Position numbers and translations under genes: made by a program. Below are positions 38,001-50,000 of a stretch of DNA of 64,000 nt, one piece after another. Location of the stretch: positions 37,332-101,331 of the forward strand of contig DF237283.1 in the NCBI GenBank assembly GCA_000708835.1, in the 5' to 3' direction. The DNA is from Klebsormidium nitens (Eukaryota > Plantae > Klebsormidiophyceae). How positions within the stretch are numbered: the stretch's first letter is position 1; each line of letters begins with the position of its first letter. The notes beneath the pieces are model-generated. The model ran no database searches and had not been told where the DNA came from. It was given only the letters and a program-made list of their open reading frames with translations.

Positions 38001-41000
38001 GTTGTTCAAGTTTGAACTCTTGAACGGCTTCCCGCCCGTCTGGCCGTAAGCAAAGACGGGCACGAATGTATCCACCGCACTTTGAACAATACTGCAAGGA
38101 GAGGTTTTAACTTTTTTCTCGAGATGAAAACAAGTTGCAAAAAGGCAACAGAATTTCAGTCTAGTCATTCTGGACTCGAGTTCTAAGACTGTGTGTACAA
38201 TTGTCGAAGCCCATCTCGGACCCCGCGAGTGCGGATCCCACACAGGACGAAGGACACAGCATGAGTGACAAAGTACGTCACTCTGACGTCACAATGAACC
38301 CAGCGCCCTCGTGCCTTTTGTCCTTCGAACCTGGGCCCGCTGCCAACAGTCACAGAAGCAACCGACCCCAAGAAACACTCTATGACGAGTGGGCGCCAAT
38401 GATGGACATTACCAATAGTCAGGATGACGTCAGCAAAACCGCCCCCAACCTCGGCGTCCTCAATGACTAGTACCAGCAGTGTCAGCAGCGAAAGAGGGGA
38501 GACGCTCACAACAAGCAGATAGCGACTGACACAACCTTCCAGAACGATGTAACGAGGAAGTCATCAGTCTAACATCAGCAGATCCGCCGCCCACCTTGGT
38601 GTCCTCGAAGACCGCGTCCTGCGTGGCGGCGTCGGTGAACACGTGGTCGAACTGGTGCTGCTTCGGCTTGTCGTCCTTCCACGGGTGCTCCACCGTGAAC
38701 TCGTCGGGAGCCGTGACGACCATCTTCTGGTCTTCCGCCGACTCCTTTCCGCTCAGCGGGCGGAACCGGCAGAACACGCGGATCTTGCCCTTCATGTCTG
38801 CAGAGGAAATGAAGTTGGTGAGGATAAAACATGCGGGTCTTGCCTTTCATGTCTGCAGGAGAACAAGAAAATTGAGAGTCCTGTGTGAACCGGTCGGGCA
38901 ACAAAACCGAAGACTTCGGGTCTTCTGCTGACTATGTTACGCTCGACAGACGGAATCGACAGAACACGCGGATATTGCCCGTCATGTCTGCAGGAGAACG
39001 AGAATGGTGAGAGTTTTGTGGATTCGTCGGAAAGCCTTTACTAGATTAGTCCGTTCTGGTCTTCGGCCAACTCAGACCGATCAAGAAGTCGTTCTGAAAG
39101 GAGGCTTTGTGCGTCAGGATTTGTCACTGTGCTTGATCTTGGCATCATTGGTCTGCTCTGCGCAGATGTGCACATGTGTCTCAAAGCTCGTAACTTTCGC
39201 AACTGGCCAAAAGAGCGGGTGCCAGCTGCTAGACGCATAGATAAAGCTCAGGACCACGCTGCCCGCTAATGATCTTAAAGTAACGTACATTGCCCTTCCA
39301 TTCTCAGATCCAGAGTGGGACGACCACCGCCAGTGCTGACAGAAACACTGACCAATGGGAAGCTCAAGCGCAATAGCATTGGAGACGGGCCACCAACGCA
39401 AGACGGGCGCTGCAATCGGTCTCATCGAAAGTATTCTACGATTCACCACATCGTTTCTTGTAAAGGAATCGTTGTGAACACCGCTGGTGCCAGCTGCTAA
39501 AGAGGGGTCGAGTGGGACGCAGAGCCGATGACGAAGCACGGCACAATGCTGACCTTCAATCTGGTTGAAGTACTTTTTCCGCAGCACCTGCTCGTCCCGG
39601 TAGAGCCCCTCGAGCTGCGTCAGCCGCTCCGCCTGGCCCTTCAGCAGCATCGCCGTCTGCTCGTTCTTCCGGTCCACGTCCTGAAAAAGCAAGCGGACAA
39701 TCCACTTTCTTCGAGAAGTATAGCTGGTGACGATAGCAGCTGATGTGGAAGTGGTTACTTTGTTGCTCGTTCTGAAGACGAGAAGTCAATCCACTTCCGA
39801 GAGTGATCTTGGTGGAACGACTCAGTTGGGGTTGGCAAGAGAAGGGACGTGTCGTAGTCTGCTGTTTCCACTCGTGGAATGCTAGGCAGAAACTCAAGAC
39901 AAAACAAGCGGAGGCTACTAGAACGCGTAGATCTCGTTCAAAGGGGGGCTTCCTGATCGCACATTGAAACGAGTTTGTTCAGTCTGGAGGAGGCAAAAGG
40001 GTGACAGATCGAGGGTTACCGGTTACCGGGGCTTAATGTCAACCGTTTCCTTCATTCTCACTGCCCTCGAACGTTAACCTCCTCCGTTCCGATCCCTTCA
40101 AAAGACATAACGGACCACTTATTGGTTAGAAGGAAAAACGAGATTTTCCACCTCCCTTCACCTCGCGCAGGTCGTCCAGTACCTTGCTTTCCCGCCATTG
40201 CCGACGAAAGGGCAAAAGATGCAACAAGGTACTCACTTGCAACTTCAGACTCTGTAAATAGCAATCTCAACAATCAAAACAACCAGCAAATACATACCAA
40301 AACCCACCTCCTCCATTTCCCGCAGCTCGTCCACTTCCTTGGCGTCGCAGATTTTTTTTGAGAGAACTCGGAATGGCAGACTTCAAGATCAATGCAGAAA
40401 GCCGCGACGATAGCTTGAAAAAACAGTAGAAACTTAACATAGGAAAATCCAAACTCACCTCCTTCATCTCCCGCAGCTCGTCCAGTTCCTTGATGTCGTT
40501 GGCCATCGCGTCGATCTCGGCCATGCGCCCCGCGAGCTGCGTCTCGAGCGCCGCCACCGCCTGCGCCTGCTCTGCCAGCTTGCGCTCCGCAACGGCCAGC
40601 CGCTCGCGCAACTCATCACGCTCCGCCAAATACTTCGTCTCCAGCGCCTTGCTCTGCGAAAAGGAAGAACACTATCAGGGAAGAGTTTTCTTGGAGACTG
40701 TGGTTCTGTTGCGTTGCTTGCTCAATACATCCGCTTTTTTAGGGCCTTCATTGATATCGATACTTGAGCCCTGCAGGTCGTCGCGCTCTGCCAAGCACTT
40801 CGTCTCCGGCGTCTTGCTCTGTGGATAAGACTTTCCGTCTGTGTTGCAAGTCTTCGTTTTCAACTATGCCTTTCAATACAACCTTCTGCTGTCGTTGTCG
40901 CCATGGAATGCGTATTCCAAATGTTATGCTCCGACGAGTACGTTGTATTACAGCCTCCCTTTGCCGCAGAAGATGGCCGAATCAATTTTATTTGAAGTGA

Positions 41001-44000
41001 ATTTGCTCAAAACAGTCTGCAAACCCTGCTTGAACTCGTTTCCAACGGGCGGGATTTGGAACAATACTTCCCAGTACTGGAACGCAAAGCTCAATCGTTT
41101 TCGACTTCCCCAATATCAACGGTTCCAACCTCCTAATTTCAAGCTCGCTTTGCAACAAGCGGCAAAGAGTAGAAATATCCAACCACTCACCCCCTCTACT
41201 TTTGACTTTTCAAGCCGCGCCAGCTTTTGTTCCGCCAGTTGCTTCGCTTGCGACGTCTTCTTGTTCGCTGCGTCCATCGTCCGAATCTCCTCGTCCTTCT
41301 TTCGTATGTCCGTCTTCAGGTCTTTCATCTGCGAGCACGAGACTGCACTGTCAGAAAATCTCTCAGAAGCAACGCGCCCAAGCAAGAGCGTTGATGCCTT
41401 TGGAATGCTTGACCCGGCTGCGAAGCAAACGGGACGGCAGCCTATTCCACTTTCTAAAGTAACGCCCCCAAAAAAAGGCTTCATTTTTGAGGTCCACAGG
41501 CCACTTTGCAAACCAAACCCCTCTCCCTGCCCTTCCGTCTAAGCAAAGTGTAATCACGGGACTTGAAACCTGCTGATTGAATGACGTCTGCCTTTAAAGA
41601 AGATCCTTCAAGGCGGGCAGCAGGAACCGCCCTCACAAACCCAATCGCTGTCTCCTGAAAGACTCTTCACTCTTCTGAACCGCAAAACTCGCCAGCGACT
41701 CTTCCTCGTACCTGACAATCCTTTCTTCTCTTGGGCAAGGTGTCTCGAGTACGCCTTCAAACATGCGACTTGATCAATTTCCAACCAGAAGGATCAGGGC
41801 GCCCGGCTTGGTCGAAAGCAAGCAGCCTCCGGCGCGTTTTACGAGCAAACGGTGAGGGGTTTTCTTTCTTGCATAAAGACGCACACTCCCTTTTCTAAAA
41901 TAGAAAGAGTAAGGAGAAGCGGGGTCTTACCTGCGTCTCCAGCGCCCGGACTTTTGCCACGTAGTCCGCCCCCGCGGGCGAGTCCCGCTTGATGCTCGCG
42001 CGCATCAGCCGGTCCGCCGCCGCGCCCTTTTTGGCCTTTTCCGGAGTGCTCTCCGGCGTGGCTGCCGTCGGCTCGCGCGGAACGACGGAATCCGCTTCCG
42101 TTATGAGTTCCGTGGAGACGCCGGAAGGAGGGGCGGAAGCGAGCGCGGCCGCGACCTTAGCCTCGGCGGCGAGGGCTGCTGCGTTGGCCGCCTGTTGGGA
42201 ATGAGAGTATTTTGCTAAGAAATATTTCGAGTGTCTGGAAGAAAAGGACGAACCTCGTTCAGAACCAGCGGCTGTCGTCGATAAGGTTGACGAGTTGACA
42301 ATCTGCCAGCATGCGAAGACTCCGCAGAGAGAAAATTTCTGGGACTGTCTGGCCTAAAACCTCGGAAGGCACCAATTCAAACCCCATAGGCCAAGTACAG
42401 AGAGCCGCCGACGATCGAGTCTGCTCGGCTTTGTTCCCGCTTTTTCCTGAGCACCTAGCGCTCCTGAAACGAAGTGTAAGAAGCCTAATCTGCTAAAACC
42501 CACCTGGATCTGGTTATCCTTCTCCTCGATCGCCTTCCTCAGCGAGTCTCGCTCTTTCTCCAGCTCCGCGTGCGTCGACTCCTCCGCACTCAATTGGTCT
42601 CGCAGGTCCTCCCACTGCTCCGTCACCCGCCGCAACTGCGCCTCCAGCGTGCCCCGCTCCGTCTCCAACTAGAACGGGAACAAAAGTCGTGAGTGTTAAG
42701 CAGAGAATGCAGAGAGCTTTCACGAAGTTGTACTGAAGTACTATGTTCCTTGGCGATCCGAGCTACCTCTCTTGCGAAGCGCCGCAATTGTGCTTCCAAT
42801 GTGTCGCGCTCCACCTCAAACCAGAACGAAAACAAAGGTCGTGGGTGTTCGTACTTCCACCATGCCCTCCCGTTTTGCGAATCAGATGAAAGCCATTGAG
42901 CAAGCGAAGTATCAAGCAAGGCCCCCGTAACCAAAGGAGCTCGAAAAGGAGAGGCAAGCAATAGCGATACCAACACGCTTCCACGTCGCACCTGTAGTTT
43001 CTAAACCACATGCTCCAAACCCGAAAATCGTCCTCCAGATTCCCCAAAGAAAAAGCACTCCCCCCTCTCAATACCTGAACAGCCTCCCAACTAACCAGAA
43101 ATCATTCCTATCCTTTCCGTCACTCACCGAGCAGATCTTGGCGTCCTTTGCCACCACGTGGTCCATCATCTCCTGGATCTGCTTCTCGTACATCTCATTC
43201 GCGCGCGGGGTCGCCGTCACCGGCGCCCCCTCGTCCGCAACCTTTGCACCCCCCGCCCGCGCGGCGGCAGCGGATTCCATGGCATCCGGAGCTGGCGGAC
43301 CGCCCGCCTGCGCTGCCCGGGTTCTTGCATACCTGCAACAGGGGGTTACGTTCAGTATCCACGTTTGATTCTTTTCTCCTAGAGGCAAACCCTTGTAAAG
43401 GGTGTGCGTTTGTTAAACCAGATTGAGTTGAGTTTGCTGAGAACGACTCAATGTGGAGCGCCCGCCTGCGACGCCCGGGTCCTTGCATATTTGCAAAAAA
43501 GATGGTAACGTTTGCAGAAGCCTTTCGTCTTCTTTCCAGTAGACGACTCTATTAGGGCGTGGGTCCAAAAGGACCGACTTTTATGAACTTTCGTTCACAA
43601 CTACACCAAGCGGAGTGTCCGCCTACGCTGCCCGGGTCCTTGCATACCTGCAAGGGCGTCTGAATATAAAAGCACATAATTCCGTTAAGGTTGCTAAGAA
43701 GGTCGGCAAGGGAAGCGCCCGCCTGCGCTTCCTGGGTCCTTGCATACCCGTAGGGGGATTTTGTGTGTTTGAGCGCTTTGTTAGTCGAAAGATGCGAAAG
43801 TACGTGGGGGAGTGTGAAACACTGTGGGGGTCTTCATCCGTTGGGTTTGCTAAGAAGGACGCAGAATCAAATTCGAGCGAGGCTGCAAACAAAAGATACG
43901 ACTTGGAAGCCCTTCTAAAGTGAACAAGCTCCATGATGCTCCAAGCGCTTACCTGCGCAGCATGACGTCATTGATGTGCGTCTGCAGCGCGACGCAGATG

Positions 44001-47000
44001 TCCTCCCCTTGCTTCGTCTCGAACTGGAAGATATGCAAGATTCCCGCGACCCGCATCTTGAAGAACACTGCTGTGCTGCTGCTCCCGAACTGCATGATGT
44101 CGCGCAGCTCCGCCGAGTGGAGGTACTCCTTCGGGACCGGCCGGAAGAAGTGCACCTGTAGAAAACAGGGCCTTCAGGTTTGGGTCTTGCAAAGGCTGAA
44201 CCAAGAGGCCTCGCATTGAGATGAGTGGCGCTTGAGCTGCGAAGTGTCACGAGATTCGCTCAGTAGAGGTACTCTTTTTGAACCGGCCTGAAAATGTGCG
44301 CATGCGGAGAAGACGGGGTACCAACTCTCAGGTTGCAAAGGGCTTGGAAGAAGGACCTATTGGTAGTTGCGTCAATTCTATGTCCGCAGTACTGCCGAGT
44401 GGAGGTACTATACTGACCGGAAGAACAGTGTCTATGGTTTGACTCTTCTCAGAGAGAAGTCAACATTAAAGGAAGTAGGAAACACAAGAGATGCTTCCAA
44501 CCATCAGACGTGGTGCTTCGACAGTTGACCATCCTGTCCAGACGTTTTCACCAACACATGCGCTTAGCTGACAGCTCTACTCCGTTGTCAAACACTTCGC
44601 TTTCTATCTTCGACGGTCACTTTGCATTCTATCTTCGACGGAGAATCGTGTATACCTACAAGGAAGACGGTCAACGAACGTACAAACGAAGAATGAGAGG
44701 GAGTCCCTTGGAAGCAACCCACCAAACCCTGAAAAGTAGTCAGGTACAGAAAAGCACCGACCGCTGGGTCGAAATGCAAGCCCGAAAGCTCTAGCGTTCC
44801 CCAAAACTGAGCACTCACCCCCCGCTTGTTGATCCCCAGAATGAGCTTTCCCGGAAGCAGTCCAATGGGGTCCTCTATCCGCTTCACGTTGAAGAAGACC
44901 GAGTTTCCGTACGGTAGAGCGCGCAGGATGCGTAGGAACTGCTGGCGAGCGTCGTCCTTGCCAAGATGGATCTGCAAGGGAAGATTACGCCTCCACTTAG
45001 CTGCCTTTCAGTTTCGGCTGGCTTTGGTTCCTTCTTGCGACAGATTTCCCAGCTGCTTGGTAGTCCAGCAACTCGTTTTGAGTATGGAGCCGATCCGTAG
45101 ACTGACGAGAAATAACAGCCGCGCTCATCCTTGCCAAGGTACTTCGCACAGAGAAGCAAGTACGGGGCCTGTCACAAACCCTAGGTTTGAAGATCACTGA
45201 TCTATCCTTTCAGCCAGTCTAATAAAGGGTCTTTGTCTTTTTCCAAAGGAGGCCTCCTCAAAGCGTAAGGCTTACCATCCCCTTGAATCGAGTCAGCACG
45301 TCAGTCTCCCACTCCTTCTTGGGCCGGGTCAGGAGCACCTGGCGAGGTAGACACCGGTCGACCATCAAGCCCCAGTCCCTGCAGGAGTCCAATCCGTAGT
45401 GTCAAGTCTCGCTGCTTGTATATCTTGGGCGGAAATAAGCGGTTCGAAGCATGTAGCTCGAGACTACGGCCTATGGAAATACGTCTTGGAGAGGGATGAA
45501 GAAGGGCACACAGGTAAGGAAAAACTACCCCGCTTGTTGGCAAACTGTTGAACTATAATGTTTTGTGCGCTTGGAACTCTAAGCTCAAGCTTCACATCAG
45601 AAAAAGTGAGCCGGTGTGCCGAAACGTGTGCTGAATCATGGGGAAAGCTCGTAAAAGTCCGGCCAGTCGCAGAATGCAAAAAACCCAGCAAAAGGAGATC
45701 AACGTACATACGGTCAACACAAGAGAGCAAGCAACATTTGTCGAAGAAGCGAGCGGACGAAGGTGTAGGAGCTGACCATGAGGACTCGGGGTTGGGGTGC
45801 GGGCCCATCTCCGCAAGGATCTGAAGCGCTGACAGTTGTGCGGCGTCCTCCCGCCCCACCGGATAATTGCCAAGCAGGTAGTCGTGCTGGGCCTGGAGAA
45901 ATCAAAGGTATACACAATTAGGGTTTTCGTATTCTAGGGTTTTTGAGGTTTCAAAAAGAGGGAAAGAACGGGTTTGTCTCCACATACGGAGCAGGCAGTA
46001 AGGCTGGGCTTGGAGAAGGCAGGAGCTTTCGGGTTCAAGCTTGAAGCTTGCTGGGAGTTCTATTAAGGTCCGTTTACTCTCAGATTTCTCGTAGACTCTT
46101 GTATAGTTCATCATTAGTACGTCGTCGTTGATCGCCGGAAACCCGCATCAAACCGTTTTGAAGACGTCTCGACTGGGCCACAAAGGGACTGACGAGCATC
46201 GCCTTCTTAAAACGCGTCTTTCTTCCTATGAGTGAAGGGTAGCAATTCAGCACGATCCTCTCAACTCCTTTCAAGCAGCACCCTCGGACGCACCACATAA
46301 GGCCACGTGTCTCACCTGGACGAACGACAGCTGGACGAAGACGGAGTCCGTGATCGCCTCATCCGTTTCCCGAAACAGCCGCTTCTTGAACACCAGCTTG
46401 CACTGGATCATCTCCCCGCCTTTCGACTTCTCTTTGGCTGCCCGGAACTCAGCAACCAGGTCACCGACGTACTTGTTCTCGTCCAGGCAAATGTGCTCGT
46501 CTGCGGAAATACGCTTCAGTCTTCAGTCTCAGATGGTGGAATTTGATACCGGGCCGATGCTGACGAAAACCGCCTATTGCTGATAAGCTTTGAAGGAGCT
46601 GGCTGACGGGTTGGCCAGTTCCGCACATCTCTCGGGAAAACCTCACATTCTAGAAAACTTCGAAGCAAAAACGACGACGTCGAGTGCCACCTTTCAATCA
46701 AGCAGCGTGTTTCTGAAGATAAGAGTCTTTTTCCAAGATCGTTGTTATGAGAATCACGTGAGCATCTCAACGGGAGGCACTTCAGACGCGCGACAGCTTT
46801 GGCATTAAAAGCCATCTCATCCCACAACACAGACAGCAGCTATTGCTCGGAGGAAGGCTACGAACGGACCAGTCTTGCCGCTCAGAGTGAGGGGCACTGC
46901 CCCCTTCCCGGCTGCAATCACGTTGCGGGACTTGAAGAGCGAACAGGACAGAACACAGCTTCCAGAGCGCACAAACGGTGCCTCATTAGCAACATTTGTG

Positions 47001-50000
47001 CCAAAAGCAGCTGGCGCTCCTCAATCCAGGAGAGCTCCATTCCTTTCAAAGACGCAACCGATAACACACACGTGTCCTCTTGCTCACTAATGTAAGAACG
47101 TATCCGGCCTCAATCCGCCTCACTCGAAAACCGCCAAAGAGGAAGGGTGTGAACGGACCAGTCTCGCCGCTCACCTTGCGAGGGCTCCGCCGCCTTCCCG
47201 GCCGAGATAACCGAGCAAGATTTAGAACCGTCTAGCAATAACCTCTCCACCAGTATAAGAGCGTTTCGGACCGCTTCAAAGGAAGCTTCGCTACATAACA
47301 ATCACTGACCTTGTGAGGGCTCCGCCGCCTTCCCGGCCGAGATCACCCGACGCGACTCGAAGAGCGAAAAAGTGTGGAATTGCTTCAGACGGATGATCCC
47401 CGCGAGCTCCTCGACAGCCTCCGCGACGGTGGTCGTCATGTCGTACGTCAGCTCCTCGAACGTGTCGTCCAGGAAGAAGGCGATGGTCGTCAGGTGCTTC
47501 CGCTCCTGCGGGACAGACAGACCTTTAGTTTAAGTCTATAGTCCTAGGTAGGATATGGTCATAACCCGGCGAACGGGTGGGGTTACTTCGGGGATTACGG
47601 TGGGTACGGGTGTCGGAGCGGGTGTATAAGTCGGTTTAGGTTTAGGTTTGTCACATGAATTTCCTCGGGGACTGTATCGTACCTGGACTATGGGAGTATG
47701 CGGGACAGTCGGTCGGCAGGCACTTGTGAATTATGACCCATTAGATTTGCAGGGCATACCGGCCGACTGTGTTTACCCAACTTGAAGCCGCGAATCCCAT
47801 CCATTCACTTCCTTGGGAACCAACCTGGCGGACCTGAATGAAGGTGGCGAGGCAAAGAACAACCAACTTGGGAGTGAGCTGCCGAAACCCACCCGCACAC
47901 ACATGATTTGTCCCAAAGTGTCTCCATTTTGAAGGCCCCAGAGCTTGAACTGCAACTCCTAAAACTGACCTTGAGCGCATCGACCTCTTCCGCCGTCGGC
48001 ACGACCTTTCGGGGCCCCGCCTTGACGGAGCGCTTCAGGGTCTGCCACGTGGCAAGCGCCGCCGTCCGGATCTCGGGGTCAAGGTTCTGGTCGTGCGCGT
48101 GCTCGTGGACAAACTCGGAGATGTAACCCGCGAGCTCCTTCCCGGGGGGCATGGCGGCGCCGATGAGGTTGAGGAGCTCCCATGCGCGCAGGGAGGAGAG
48201 CCTGCACCCAAGGAATGAAGGATTGTCATCGTCTGAACAAACGAAGAATGTGACGGCGCTGAGCGAAGGGGAATGGGGTTCATTCCGGGAGCCATGAAGC
48301 GGCAATAAGTTGAGGAGCACCCAGGCACGCAAAGAAGAGAGCGTGCACCGGAGATATTGGGGTCGATCCCCAATTTGTCATTCCCCGAAGAGACGAAGTA
48401 TTCACGGGGCTAAGCAGAAAAGCGAATCCGTTCCTGGGTCTAGGAGGCAGCGACGAGGTGGAGAAGTTCCTAGGCACGCAGTGAACTTAGCCTGCATGAG
48501 GTTGGGACGTGGAGCCAGCGGACTGCAAAAGGAATCTGTTCTTCGAGGCCAACATTGAGACTACGCATGAGGACGCTAGACGCTTAATAAACCTGATATT
48601 TCAAGGCAGTAGATACGCATCGGGATTGTTCCGCAACCCTTCTGTGCGCTGCACCAAGAGCCCGTTGCGCAGCTCCAGGCGCCTCAGCGTGTGGTCGCAC
48701 AGCTCACGACGAGACCCTAAGCCTTTTCGGCAGTCTCGAAACCCGAAGATTCTTAGATCCATGAGACGAGCCGAACGGCACTTAGGTACGCAAAGCTTAC
48801 TGGTGGGGTGAGCCTTTCAGTTGCTGCGTGAGCTGCGTGAATAGCTCTTTGCGTAGCTCCGTGTGTTACGCAGCTCATGCAAGCTCTACCTTTCAGATCT
48901 CCCAAGATCTTGGCCCACTGACAAACTGAACTTACGAGAGCAACAACTCTTCAAAGCACTGTGCGGGTTGTTCCGCAGTGGCTCCGTGGGCCGCGCAGAA
49001 CGCGTTTTGCTTTACTCCAAGCGTCGCAGCGTGTACTTTTACGACTCACGAGAAACCCTAAGGCTTCCGAATTCGTCGGAAGACCCGAACATGCTTCCCA
49101 CATATTTTCAAAAAGCCGAGACATAAAAGAAACGCGAGCCTTACCGGTGGGGGTTGTTCCGCAGCTGCTTCGTGAGCTGCGCGAACAGCTCATCGCGCAG
49201 CTCCAGGCGGCGCAGCGTGTGCTTGTACAGCTTGAGCACCAGCTGCGTGCGCTCTGCTTCCGTGAGGTCAGCCCCGCCCTGCCCGATGTACTTGAGGATG
49301 ATCAGGAACATCTTGACCGCGCGACTCGCCAAGTCGCTGCTCATCCTAGTTAGCGACGTCGGGATTGGGTCCTGCAGGGGGAGGGGCAGCGAAGGGTTTG
49401 GAACAGCTGCGGGTTGTGGTGGCCGGATGTGACGGATCTTTACAGGAGTTGTGAGCAGGGCGAGGGCGAGCAAAAAGGACAGAACGAGAAACACAAGACG
49501 ATTGACAATTACATCTACTGCGTACCTAAGCCAGGCGGGAATTGGAGCTGCTTGAAAACCTATCCCGCTGCTTACAGCGTGCAATATGCATTTTGACAGC
49601 TGCAGGTCAAGCTGTCCAGCCGAGAGCAGGTAGAGCAACAGCTGTCAATCAGCTGTTCGATCTTATTTGACGAAACGCACCCGGCTGACAGCTGGCAATT
49701 CGTCGTTCTGGCTTTGATCAGCTGACGACAACCAAAGATAGCTGTGCAGAAGTGCCAAGAACACAGGGACGATATCCTAGAAGGGCGTGGTAGATGGAGA
49801 GGGGTTGGGGTCAATCCAAACTATGTTCTGACCCTCGTCGTTTCTTCTTCGATGTCGTTTATCAGCAGTTCTTTGACGCTCACCTTTGAGAAAGACAGCA
49901 TGTCCTCCACGGTAAAAGCGGCATTGCTCGACGGGTCCTTCTTGCGGCTGAACAGCGACCTCCGGCCCCCTTGCTTCTGAAGAAGCCGTAAAAACGCCTC

